In this document: piece after piece, positions 10,826 through 22,394 of the stretch
How the letters are laid out: each line of letters starts with the position of its first letter
Position numbering within the stretch: position 1 is the stretch's first letter
Origin: Catajapyx aquilonaris
Taxonomy: Eukaryota
Direction: 5' to 3'
DNA length: 32,151 nt
Assembly (NCBI GenBank): GCA_000934665.2
Contig: JYFJ02004498.1
Coordinates: forward strand, 1 to 32,151
Program-made: the position numbers and the translations under genes
Notes under the pieces: generated by a model
What the model was told of the DNA's origin: nothing
Databases searched by the model: none
Seen by the model: only the letters and a program-made list of their open reading frames with translations

Positions 10826-13800
10826 TCACCGCTTCTTCTTCCAAAACTTCCACCACTTGCCAGTTGCTGCCTGTTAAATTAATTGAAATTAATTTAATCC
10901 GCACTTACATGAAACATCTTCTCGGTTGATATGATCTATAAATGCATCTACAGTAGTTATTGGTGAAATATGTAAAACTTCCAAGACAGAGGCATTAAAA
11001 GGACTCACATTCAGATATTGCGCCACATCTTTGTGACCGCTCTCATTGGCCATGTCAGCTGGTGTTTCTCCATCCTTGTTCTTGGCCCTTGGATTGGCCC
11101 CTTTGGACACCAGGAACTGGACCATATCCAGGTGGCCATTCAATGCTGCCTCGTGAAGAGGGGTCTGATCACCCCGCCCCTTGACCTCCACCTCGACCCC
11201 TTTCTTCAGCAGGAGGTCAACCACTGCGAGGTGGCCTTCTGTAGAAGCCAAGTGGATGGGCTGGTATCCGTCCCTGCCCATAGCCTGCAGATTTGCGCCT
11301 CTTCTGATTAGGAGTAGACAGATGGAAGGGTGTCCACATTGGGATGCCACATGGAGGGGTGTCCATCCTCCAGCCCCTTCCTGGTCCACAGGCCACCCTT
11401 CCTCCAACAAGAGGGACACCACCTCTTCATGTCCACTTTTCACTGACAGGTGCAATCCACCAAACCCATCCTCCCCAACCTCCCCCAACAGTCCCCCCAC
11501 TCCTCCCATCCTCCCAACCACCCCCCTCACCTCCTCCAACCTGCCCTCGTCGCAGGCTGACAGAAACAGCCTCACCTGAAAATGAGGAACATCAGTCATG
11601 GAAATAGTAGTACGCCGACGCGTAAAAGACTAAAGGCAATCGTTACAACTTCCTGTGTCTGGGTTGTTGGGGCCTAGTGCATTATTATATCAGTGCACTA
11701 AAGCCGACTAAAGCGGATTTATTTCATTCATTTTCATAATGCCGGCACCTTGTATTCAAGGTCCTCTCTTTCACTTGTAGTGCACCTCTTGCTACTACTG
11801 TAACTACATGTGATTTTTGTGTAGACTTGGTACTGTACACAGTACAATCAGACTTACACTGTCTGTAATAATCACGGGTCGTGGTTGTAAATGTAGACTT
11901 GCCTGTTTGTTTTGTCCAGAAGAGTGGTCCTGACCAGCGTGTGAATCACGCCACTCCATCTCCTTTTGATTCAGAAGGAGGGAGAGTGAAGAGTGGCCTT
12001 CGTCTTCTGCCCTTTCTCCAGGAGTCATGCCATCGAAGTCTCTCCTGGTTGGGTCTGCTCCTCTCTCCAGGAGGAGGAGGACTGTGACCATATGACCACA
12101 ACCTGCAGCTATGTGCAGGAGGCTGATATTCCACAAACCCACGTGGTCCACTTCCACACCCCTGTCGAGAAGAAATTTGACCACATCGAAGTGACCCTCC
12201 ATGGCAGCCCAGTCGATTCCTCTAATCGCTTCTACCCTCCTCTCCACGTCCACGCCTCTCCTGTCCACACTATCCTGTACATCCGACAATCGACCTTCCT
12301 TGCAGGCGTCCATGTATTCGGATATGTCCAACTGAAACATACAAGACACGACCAGGAGTCAGAAACAACGCCAAGTAAGTAATATGTGTCATGCTCCCTG
12401 TATAAACCCACCCTTCGCATTCTATCCAGTAATGACATGTCGACTTCTTTCTCAACAGCCATGGATGCCAGACGTTGTGATGGATCAGGGAGAAGCATCT
12501 TCCTCAGGATCTCTGCTTCACTCGAGTGCAGTCGAAGAAAGTCCTCTGGGTATGGGTCCTGATTTCTGAGGAGGCCAAAGACACGTCTCCTCTCTGCCTT
12601 ATCATCTCCAAAGGGATGCAGAATTTCATACAGGATGAGGCCAAGAGAAAACACGTCTGATTTAGACCCATACTCCTTTCCTTCCAGTTGCTCGGGGGAC
12701 ATGTACATTTTGGTCCCAACACCAGCCGTTTGTTCCTGTGAATTAGGGTTACCACCTGAAGAGGAATCTTGACCCAACTGCTCCTCTTCACAAGCCTCAA
12801 TCAAGGTGGTGCTGAGACCAAGGTCCCCTATTCTGATCTTATTTCCATCCAGAGTGAAGAGAATATTATGTGGCTTGAGATCCCGATGGATCATGCTTTT
12901 ACTGTGGAGGAAGCAGACCCCTGACACGATCTGCTGGAAGAGGGACAGTTTCGCGAACTTGCAAGACTTGAATCCCTCTTCGAGCCTGTGACCGAGAGTC
13001 TTCTCGTGGCATAACTCCATCTGGATGTAGAGCATGTCCATGGTTGGTCCATAGACAAGCATAGGTGCGGTGAAATATTCAGAGGCCTCCTTACTCGCTT
13101 CTTGACCATTGGAAGTGGACATGTCGTACAGAAGGAGAGATGCGTCCCATTCCTTTTGGAGGTAGCGAGGAGGGTGTTCCTCCCAAGAGTGGTAGTACCT
13201 GACGATGTTCTCATGTTCGAGCACAACCAGGGCTCGGACCTCCCTCAGGATGATGTCCTTGTACTTTTGATCTGCAGGCAGCCGAACCCTCTTTACGGCG
13301 TAGATGGCCTTGGCTATGTTGTACTCTGCCTTAAACACATCTCCAAAGGACCCTCTTCCCAGCAGATCCAAGTGGGTGAAATTCAACATGTACCATGATT
13401 GGAATGTACGAGTAGGCTGACCTCCGACCTCTTCTCCACCAGATCTGAATGCGACATGAAATTGAAATGAAATTATTAGCACAATAATGTGCTGGATCGT
13501 AAATGTTTAGGAAGAGCCTATCCCTAAGGTATATTGAGTGTTGTGGTGTTGCATGCACTCACCTGTCCTGACTGGCATGAATTGAGTTCAAGTGACCCAT
13601 GATGAATCCATACACGTGTCTGTGACCCTTGAGAAGAGCGAGTGAGGCGGGTGTGGCCTCCTTCTTGTCTATCGCCTGGGGGTCGCTCTTTCCCTCCACC
13701 AAGAGCAACCTGGCCACCTCTAGATGACCAAACATGCAGGCCAAGTGCAGAGGAGTATGTCCGATGTGGATGGTACAGGCTTCCACCGAGGCTCCTTTGT

Positions 13801-14569
13801 CCAGCAGGATTCTGCAAGTGTCAGCCAGGCCGCTTCTGGCAGACCAGTGAAGGGCTGTCCTTCCGTGGTCGTCCTTCGCGTCCACCTCCTCGTGTCCAAT
13901 CCTGTCCAGAAGGCACTTGCAGATGTCCACCTTCCTGGCCCTACACGCGATCATCAGGGGGGTCTCCTGATAATCGTTCCTCTTATTCACCTTCACTCCT
14001 TCTCCCAACAATCTCCCGACGTCCTCATCTCTTCCGATGGCTGCCATGATGTGAATGTCCTGCTGAATCCCTAAGAGGAACGTGGTCATGAAACCTTGAT
14101 CTTTCTTGACAGCCACTCCAACAGGCGTCATCTTCTCCCGATTATTTTCTTTGGGATCTGCCCCCCACTCCAAGAGAAGCCTCCCCGCAACGAGGTGTCC
14201 AAATTCCGCAGCTATGTGGAGACAGGTGTCTCCTGACCTGGTCTTCACCATTGGGTCGGCCCCTTCCTCCAGCAGGAAGCGACACACAGGCGGCCAGTTG
14301 TTCTCCGTCGCTTCGTGCAGGGCAGTCTTCTCTTGGTTAGTGGAGGCCAGATTGACCCTGGCCCCCCTCTTGACCAGCTCCTGGCACACCTGAAGCCATC
14401 CCCGTCTGGAGGCCACCATCAGTGGGGTGACCCCATTCCTGCTCAGGGCGTCCACATTGTCCCCTCTGCCCAACAAGAGCTGGACAGTGGTCAGAGACCC
14501 ATTCTCGGCTGCCCAATGCAACTCTGCCAGGCTCTTGTCCTCCGCTGCCACTGCTGGTGCTGCTGCCAT
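10826..14569 (-). CDS. Ankyrin - PERK-like eIF2-alpha kinase - ankyrin protein with C-terminal KWWKFWKKKR tail, copy B (1026 aa)
   Basis: Exons 14569-13563 (about 9-10 ANK), 13444-12412 (kinase), 12331-11903 (ANK, GC donor CAG|GCAAGT), 11575-11009 (ANK), 10870-10826 (AATGKWWKFWKKKR*); total 3081 nt, all phases compatible. ATG in gccATGg context just after a splice acceptor. eIF2aK motifs HENIVRYYHSWEE, insert, LYIQMELC, HRDLKPHN, DLG, TAGVGTKMYMSPEQ, KSDVFSLGLILYEIL. Confidence 0.85.
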
Positions 14570-15803
14570 GGCGAATCCCTGCAAAGTGCAGTATCAGTAC
14601 CATATAGTTAGAATATTGCAAGTAGCCCTACAGATTGGCAGTATCAAATGCCTGATAAGTAGGTCTACGCCACCGTACAGAGGACTCAAAAGCGGGCAGG
14701 CTTATGTCGTCTGGATCTCTGCGAAGAAAAAGGACGTGATAAGCAGGTTTTTCCTATATTGCCAGCCATTATCTGAAAATGAGGTGACGTATATACCGAT
14801 ATCTGTGAACGGGCAAAAATAGTTGCCCTATGCGCTGCTCGAGTAAGATTAATACAAGATGAATAAGGTGCCATAGAGGTGACCTGGGAAAGAGTTATGA
14901 ATATGATACCAGTGTAGGTGCTAAATCACAGTGATTCACTTTGCGTAACAATGTGGTGTGACATTTCAAATGAAATCTTTTAAAAACATTTATCACAACA
15001 AACCACTCCACAAACCCTGAATGTCACATCATCCGTATATTATGATTATTATGACTGTAATTGTTATGTAATTATCCATGGCATTTTCTCTGCAAGAAGT
15101 AATGAACTTCGACCCCAGTTATGAGTGCAATATGACCCACATTGAATGAAAACTTCACATCTCATTTCTTCACTCTCAGATACAAGACGAAATTAGCGTC
15201 CTTAACATGCGATTTACCTTATATAATCTTGATCAAACCTTTCCGCTTGTCCGACACATTAAAAGATTCCTTGGTCACAAATTTACTAGACTCTTTTCCA
15301 GCCAGAAGATACTTTCCTTCGTGCCCAAAGGAAGCTTCCATTGGTTGTGCAAATACGTGGAAGGTACGGTATACGTGTACGAAACACATCATGAAAATGA
15401 TCGCACCCATCTTGCATTGTTTCTCAGGTGATATCTTACCTCCGATGTGTAAATGCAATGTGTTTCACTGTACAGTTGTCCACCCCACAGAGGAATCGTC
15501 CTAACAGGCCTGTGTCGTCTGGATCACTGCGTAGAAAAGGATGTGATAAGAAGGCCCTTTCCTCTATCTATCCCCAGCAGTTATCTGAAAATGAAGTATA
15601 CCGATATCTATCTCAAAAATAGATTCTTTGCGCTGCTCAAATGAAATCAATAAGGTGCTACAGGTGCTATAGAAAGATTTGTGAAAATGATACAAGAGTC
15701 GGTGCTAAATTACAAATTAATATCTACTAATTCTTTTATTATAATAATGCTTTTTTAATGCGTCGTTGTCGTTGTCGTTTATTGTATCTACAGTATTTTA
15801 GAA

Positions 15804-15966
15804 TCTCTCTATATATAAATCAGAAGGTTTGTCTGTAGGTCCGGGCTACCTAACCCACTTTCGGACTGCTGACAGTGAGAGTGCTGAAATTTGGCATACC
15901 GATGTCTTATAAACTTAATTCATTTACGTATCAATCCCCGAGTGAATAACGGGTCCCCTGCTATAG
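15804..15966 (+). mobile_element. Short non-autonomous Helitron-like element
   Basis: 5' a|TCTCTCTATATATAAAT...GTTTGTCTGT, internal CTGAAATTTGGCA, 3' imperfect hairpin cccgagtgaataacggg then CTATAG|t; absent from unit A. Confidence 0.5.
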
Positions 15967-17156
15967 TTTTATCAATGTACAGGACGGCTAAAAGCACTGT
16001 TGAACACACGTGAACAGTGTTAAAATCTCTTTCTCATTTCTCCGGTTCGTTGTAGTTCACATAGCAGGGTACGTTCTTGCCCGGTCGTACCAAAAGTATT
16101 GTATAGCGGACAGTTGTAAGCAAACGTGTTATTAGTAGTGGACACCACCCTGTAGTTTGGCACACAACCAATAGAAATCGAGATATTGGGACAACAAAGT
16201 GCATATTTTGGTGGAAGGGACCTCTGAGATGATTCAACTATTTTTACCCGTCTCGTAAGATGCATAATCTATTTTGACCTGGAGAGATAGCATTACTGAA
16301 CTGATAAAAATGATAACCTCTGGGGTCACAGGAAGAGCTTTTCTAAGCACAACTTGTCCTTCGCACGAGCTCAGTTGTTCCCTGCTTGTGAGAGGAACAT
16401 ATCATCTGAGCCCATCTCGAGGTAAATTGATAGAGTGTTCACTTTCAAAACAAGGCCTGGTATTCCATCGTGATATGGAAAAAAAGACGCATCTACACAT
16501 TGTGGTAACATTGTGCTTTCAGAAAACGTGAATTTATCACACGTTCTTCTAATATGCAATATTCCACCGTTTATGTTATGTACATTTTACATTATGTAAA
16601 TTATGCACAATTTATGTACTACATTCTACATTATGTAAATGCTGTATTTCATCATGTACCATTCAGTTATTGCTTTTTTGTATTAAGCTGTTTCAATTCC
16701 TTTTGAATTGTTAATTTTAGTGGTTATCTAGAGTATTCGTTGACAACACTAGAATAAATATATTATAAAATCATATATCCGAGGTCTGATTTTTTGTGAT
16801 AAGAAAATAATTGTGCTGGACTGCAAGTAATATGGCCAATGTCCAATACGGAATTTGGGGGGTCAAGTTAAAGTTGTGAGAAATAACAAAATCTTACACA
16901 ATGTGGCCAACTTTTGCATCACTTTATATAGAAGGATTTGGCTGTCTTTCTAAATGTCACATACCAGTTGTTGGACCTACTGTAATACCCTACGTAATAA
17001 AAACTTATTTGAGTTCACGACCCTTGCAGCAGCAGTTTGACCTCCGCATGAGTGTCGAGACAGTGCAGCTTTAATCGTGAAATGTGCAATCACATGGTAG
17101 TGCACTGCTGGTGTAGACTGGAGGACTGTGTGGACAAAATATTTTCGGATTGACTG

Positions 17157-17194
17157 TATAAAGTCACGGGGAAGTCACTGTGATGGCCGTCAGT
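17157..17194 (+). promoter_or_regulatory. Candidate core promoter of ANK1 (TATA box + arthropod-type Inr)
   Basis: TATAAAG at 17157 and TCAGT at 17190; spacing slightly long. Confidence 0.35.
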
Positions 17195-18688
17195 GAATAT
17201 GAGTCTCCCTCATGCTGGAGCAGAAGAAGAACCAGCTCCACGCCCATGTGTCCAATCAAGAGGATTCGACGAAACAAGCCGAATAAGGGTGTCTCTGAAG
17301 CTGATTCGATCCAGCTTCCCAGCTCTGGTCCAGACACGAGTCAAATCTTGCTGGACAAAATGGCCGACCAGTTCAGAAGAAGCGTGTATCGCAGGACACC
17401 TCGAGGGTCCATCGCAGCAGAGAGCGTCCAGTCGGTGTCCATACTTCTGGAGAACAAAGAACAGGTGTTGGATGATCATCCACCTTGTCAAGACGACACT
17501 GCAAAACATGCCAAAAAGGTAACGCTTATTCCAACAATACACTAGTTGGTGTTCGGTGCTGTTAATTCATGGAACCAAATGTATATCTTCAGGTGGCTAA
17601 ATTTCTCACTGCCTGCAAGGAAGGCCGGTTGCAGGAAGCACAGGGTGTTGTTGAAGGAATGGGAGGTGTTGGACAGCTGTTTGAAGAAGAGGACAAGGAC
17701 GGATGGAGTGGACTTCACCTGGCGGCCAAAAGAGCTAAGGATGATGTGGTGTCCTTTTTGTTGAAGGAAGGGTGGCCTGCGAATCAGGAAGATGCTGTGG
17801 GGGACACTCCTCTTCAGCTGGCAGCCTGCTGTGGTCATCTAACGACCTGCGCTGTGCTGATCCGAGAAGGTGCCAAGGTTGGATCAAGGGACGCGGATGG
17901 AGACGAACCCATTCATTGTGCATCATCCGGAGGTCACCTCGCTGTGGTTGACCTCCTGCTGCAACAAGGGGCCAGGTTGGAGGTCAGGGGAATGAAAGAT
18001 TGGACACCTCTTCACAAAGCAGCGTTCAATGGTCATCTAGAGCTTGTCCAGTACCTGATGTCACGAGGAGCCAATCCGGATGCCAGGGACCAGTTTGGAC
18101 AATCACCATTGGATATCGCAGAGGAAGAGGGCAATACAGAAGTGGCCCGAATTTTGACTGTGAGTGCATTTCCGGTTTCATGAACGTAAAGTAAGCAAAT
18201 TCTACAATTAGCTACAAGCAATACGATAAAATTGTAAAATTTTGCGACACACAAAAAATAAGCAATATTGTTTGATGTCACAATAATGAGAGTTGTTCTC
18301 TTAGTTTGAATTGCTATGACAGACTGGCAGTAGGCCTAATTATTACGTCATCACTACACTCTTAACCACTCTTAACACTATTGAAAAGAGACCCTTTTTA
18401 CCCTCTATTTTATAAGGTAATACATGCAAAAGTTACCTTCTAATAAAGTTACCCTCTAATCTCTAATGTAAGGTAAAAAATTGCCACTTTCTTACCCTGT
18501 ATTTTTACCTTCCACATTTATACCTTATATCGTAGGGGAATCAGGACCCACATTTTACCTTACATTTTCTTACCCTTTATACCTGTAATTACCCTCCTTT
18601 TTACCTTTGCTGTGATTTTTTCTTGCAGAAAGAAGTACGGAAGAGGAGACATTACAAGTGGTGGGAGTTTTGGAGAAGATGGCAGTGA
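17183..18688 (+). CDS. Ankyrin-repeat protein ANK1 with KWWEFWRRWQ tail (~320 aa)
   Basis: Exons 17183-17518 (AAG|GTAACG), 17593-18159 (567-nt ANK module), 18629-18688 (KEVRKRRHYKWWEFWRRWQ*), all phase 0. Start could instead be ATG 17246 (MCPIKR). Confidence 0.82.
18355..18610. repeat. Degenerate TTACC(T/C)T-rich repeat, probable DNA-transposon remnant in ANK1 intron 2
   Basis: Many TTACCTT/TTACCCT motifs plus inverted TAAGGTAA copies; no clear TSD. Confidence 0.35.
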
Positions 18689-19498
18689 CTGTAACCTAAC
18701 TTAAGACAATTTAGCTTATAATCTATTATAAGATTGATAACAGACCACCTTGTGACAAAATAGTGAGATTTTTTTGGTACCTGATTGGTTTGTGCACAGT
18801 TCTGTGACAATGAAAGTGCTTCCAAATGGATTGTTTGTCACTTAACTGTCTTCAGTTGGAATATACACAAGTGACTTGCACACTCCATTAGGCTATATAA
18901 TTACATTAAAAAATAAAAATGGCAACTAAATGATAAGTGCCTAAAATGGCAAGACAAAGAAGTTGTTCCAGTTCCAGTCCATACGTTGTGTTTGTATGAT
19001 ATCATGTGAACAAATAGATGCAAATTTTCGCTATTCCTGACAAAGTCAGATGGAAACCAAATTTTCTATCACAGATTCGGGTTTTGCGAAAATTTCAAAT
19101 TACAATTATCAATTTTCTAAAACTTTCCAATTTTAAATCACGACAGGAGGCGCAAGGAAAGTTAGCCAATGTTTGTAAACAATGTCCCAGCGTGACTAAT
19201 TTTTTGAGATGACAACTGTTTATTAAAACTCTGCTCAATTCTTCTGGTAATCATAGTTAAAAGAAGCTTCCCTGATAAGCAATGCCCGTTTCCAAGGTGA
19301 TGTCCAGTTCTTGATGAGATAAAACACGCCTTAGGGTATCGCCTTTTGCAGGCTATCGCTGTCGCAACATCAGTCTTGAGAGAAGTGCCAAGCTTTTACC
19401 AGAGGTAGAATTAATGTACTTATCTCGCACAGTTTCGCAAACAGTCAGAAGTGAAGTGGTCGAGTCACCTCTAAGGGCATACTGCAACTAGGCTGGGA

Positions 19499-22153
19499 AT
19501 GTCCATATGTAAGGGTATATGTTGCGGATTATGCTGCTACAACTCCGATGGAGATGACAGCAGTGAGTCGACACAATTCTTTCCTAGACGCAACCAGGAG
19601 GTAGGTGGATAGCAAGGCACCTCTAATAATAAGTGACAACAGAAGTTATCTCTGCAGGAAGAGGAACTTCATACTCTTGGGCCCTGGCAGCAGAATTCTA
19701 GGAGAAGAAACAAAAAGGCAAGGCAATAATATTTGTTTAGCACAAGTAGATGCTAAATATGGTTATAAGTCAGTATTATCAGGTTAGGTTAAGTTTGGTC
19801 TGTTACATTAAGCCCCTGATTAAGATGCCCTGGATAGGCTCAGGTGTCAAGATTCTTGTCTGCATGCGAAAGGGGTCGACTGGATGAAGTTCGAGAAAAT
19901 GTTAATGAAATGGGAGGTGTTGCACAGATGTTGAGGGAGGAGGGCAACTGCTGGAGTGGACTTCACCTGGCAGCAAAAGGAGCTAAGGACGAAGTGGTGT
20001 CATTTCTGTTGAGTGAAGGATGGCCTGCAAACCAGGAAGATGTTGGGAAAGACACACCTCTTCACATGGCAGCTTCATACGGTCACGCGACGACATGTGA
20101 AATTCTGATCCAAGGAGGAGCCAACATTCGGGCAAAGGACAAAGACGGTGACCAGCCCATCCACAGCGCTTCGTCTGAAGGCCGTCAAGAAGTGGTTGAC
20201 CTTCTTCTACATCATGGGGCCAGGATGGAAGCGAAGGGAATGATGGATTGGACACCACTTCACAAAGCGGCGTTCAAAGGTCACTCGGAACTTGTCCAGC
20301 ATCTGGTATCAAAAGGAGCCAAAGCAAGGGCCAAAGACGAGGAAGGACGCACACCAGATGACCTCGCCACAGATAGAGGTCACTCAGCCTTAGCCCGATA
20401 TTTGAAAGTGAGTACGCTAAGGATAGCTTCTGTCATTTTGGTCATTGTACGTATGACAAAATAATACTATTGTTACTGGCCACTCAGAGGGTCATCGCAC
20501 CGTCTCCCTGACCGCCAATTTCCTTTACCGCCAACACACATTTTCCTTTACCGCCAAAAGTCTTGACCGCCAATTTCCTTTACCGCCAACACACATTTTC
20601 CTTTACCGCCAAAAGTCCTGACCGCCAATTTCCTTTACCGCCAACGCACATTTTCCTTTACCGCCAAAAGTCCTGACCGCCAATTTCCTTTACCGCCAAC
20701 GCACATTTTCCTTTACCGCCAAAAGTCCTGACCGCCAATTTCCTTTACCGCCAACGCACATTTTCCTTTACCGCCAAAAGTCCTGACCGCCAATTTCCTT
20801 TACCGCCAACGCACATTTTCCTTTACCGCCAAAAGTCCTGACCGCCAATTTCCTTTACCGCCAACGCACATTTTCCTTTACCGCCAAAAGTCCTGACCGC
20901 CAATTTCCTTTACCGCCAACGCACATTTTCCTTTACCGCCAAAAGTCCTGACCGCCAATTTCCTTTACCGCCAACGCACATTTTCCTTTACCGCCAAAAG
21001 TCCTGACCGCCAATTTCCTTTACCGCCAACGCACATTTTCCTTTACCGCCAAAAGTCCTGACCGCCAATTTCCTTTACCGCCAACGCACATTTTCCTTTA
21101 CCGCCAAAAGTCCTGACCGCCAATTTCCTTTACCGCCAACGCACATTTTCCTTTACCGCCAAAAGTCCTGACCGCCAATTTCCTTTACCGCCAACGCACA
21201 TTTTCCTTTACCGCCAAAAGTCCTGACCGCCAATTTCCTTTGCCGCCAAACTGAACAGGGCTCCAAATCCGGTTATTTTAGTAGGGTGCCAACTGGGTCG
21301 CCTGCCTGACCGCCAAAATTCTTTTCCGCCAATAATAGTATAACCTAAGGTTTGTCTGAAATATGTGAGCATACTGCCTATGGTCAGGTGTCAAGATTCT
21401 TGTATGCCTGCAAAAAGGGTCGACTGGAGGAAGTTCGAAAAATAGTTGAGAAGATGGGAGGTGTGAGAAGTCTATTGGAAGAGCATGAAAAAGGTCGGAG
21501 TGGACTTCACCTGGCAGCACAAGGAGCGAAGGATGATGTGGTGTCCTTTCTGATTAGCAAAGCATGGCCTGTGAACCACGAAGATCGTCTACGAGACACA
21601 CCTCTTCAGTTGGCTGCTTCAGACGGTCACATGGAGACATGTAAACTTCTGATCCAAGGAGGAGCCAACATTCGGGCAAAGGACAAAGACGGTGACCAGC
21701 CCATCCACAACGCAGCATCTTTCGGCCATCAAAATGTGGTGGGCCTTCTTTTGCAGCACGGGGCGTTGCTGGAAGCAAAGGGGATGAGGGAAAGGACTCC
21801 ACTTCACAAGGCGGCATTTAACGGTCACAGGGACCTTGTCGACTATCTGGTATGGAAAGGAGCAAAACTGGGGTCCAAAGACGAGGATGGTCGCACACCT
21901 GCTGAACTTTCCGAGGAAGAGGACTACCATGAAGTAGAAGAATATTTGAAAGTGAGTCCGCTTTCTCAGTTCTGGGTCAATCTAACCAATGCTGGATGGA
22001 TGACCTACCATCCTTATTCATTTGAGAAAGTGTTGAATTGATCCCGTCTCATCTGAGGGTAAATGCACATTTCTCTTGCAGGAAGCCGACTTGGAGCAGA
22101 ATCCTGTCGATTGCACATCGTATTTGAAAAAGAAGCTCCGAAGAACGCTCTGA
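19499..22153 (+). CDS. Ankyrin-repeat protein ANK2/3 with Cys-rich N-terminus and two tandem ANK modules (~453 aa)
   Basis: Exons 19499-19600 (MSICKGICCGLCCYNSD...QE|GTAGGT), 19658-19717 (...RRRNKK|GCAAGG), 19844-20407, 21388-21951 (both 564 nt, phase 0), 22082-22153 (EADLEQNPVDCTSYLKKKLRRTL*). Joining the two modules in one gene is inferred. Confidence 0.72.
20508..21250. repeat. 55-bp minisatellite, ~13.5 near-identical copies
   Basis: Unit ctgaccgccaatttcctttaccgccaacgcacattttcctttaccgccaaaagtc with three ACCGCCAA cores; no unique spacers. Confidence 0.97.
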
Positions 22154-22394
22154 AAATTTGGAGAAAAAATGTGACCCTCGAGATGACCGAGACTTTGAAC
22201 TGACAGTCTTCACTAGAAAGGCGTCATAATTTTCTCGCTATCATGGTGATTCTAATGATAACGTAGTGCGTCCTTCGCATGTCTATCACCAGTTCCTGTC
22301 CTTATCTATACAGAGACGTGGCAAATATGTACCTGAACACACATATCACAAGTCAGATCCGTACAGCAAGTATCCTTGGTCGCATGTGGGGAAT

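Larger units (their letters stand above)
7864..16690. repeat. Tandem segmental duplication, unit B
   Basis: Colinear with unit A from 8211 onward; differs by TE insertions (9373-10679, ~15804-15966) and a divergent upstream patch (~14600-15460 versus ~6110-6760). Confidence 0.93.

Noticed and set aside
1..16690. Duplication as an uncollapsed-haplotype assembly artefact
   Set aside because: Many clustered amino-acid changes, copy-specific TE insertions and a defined junction with a decayed IR fragment favour a real duplication; read depth would confirm.
20508..21250. CRISPR-like array
   Set aside because: Head-to-tail identical units, no unique spacers, eukaryotic intron context, no cas genes.
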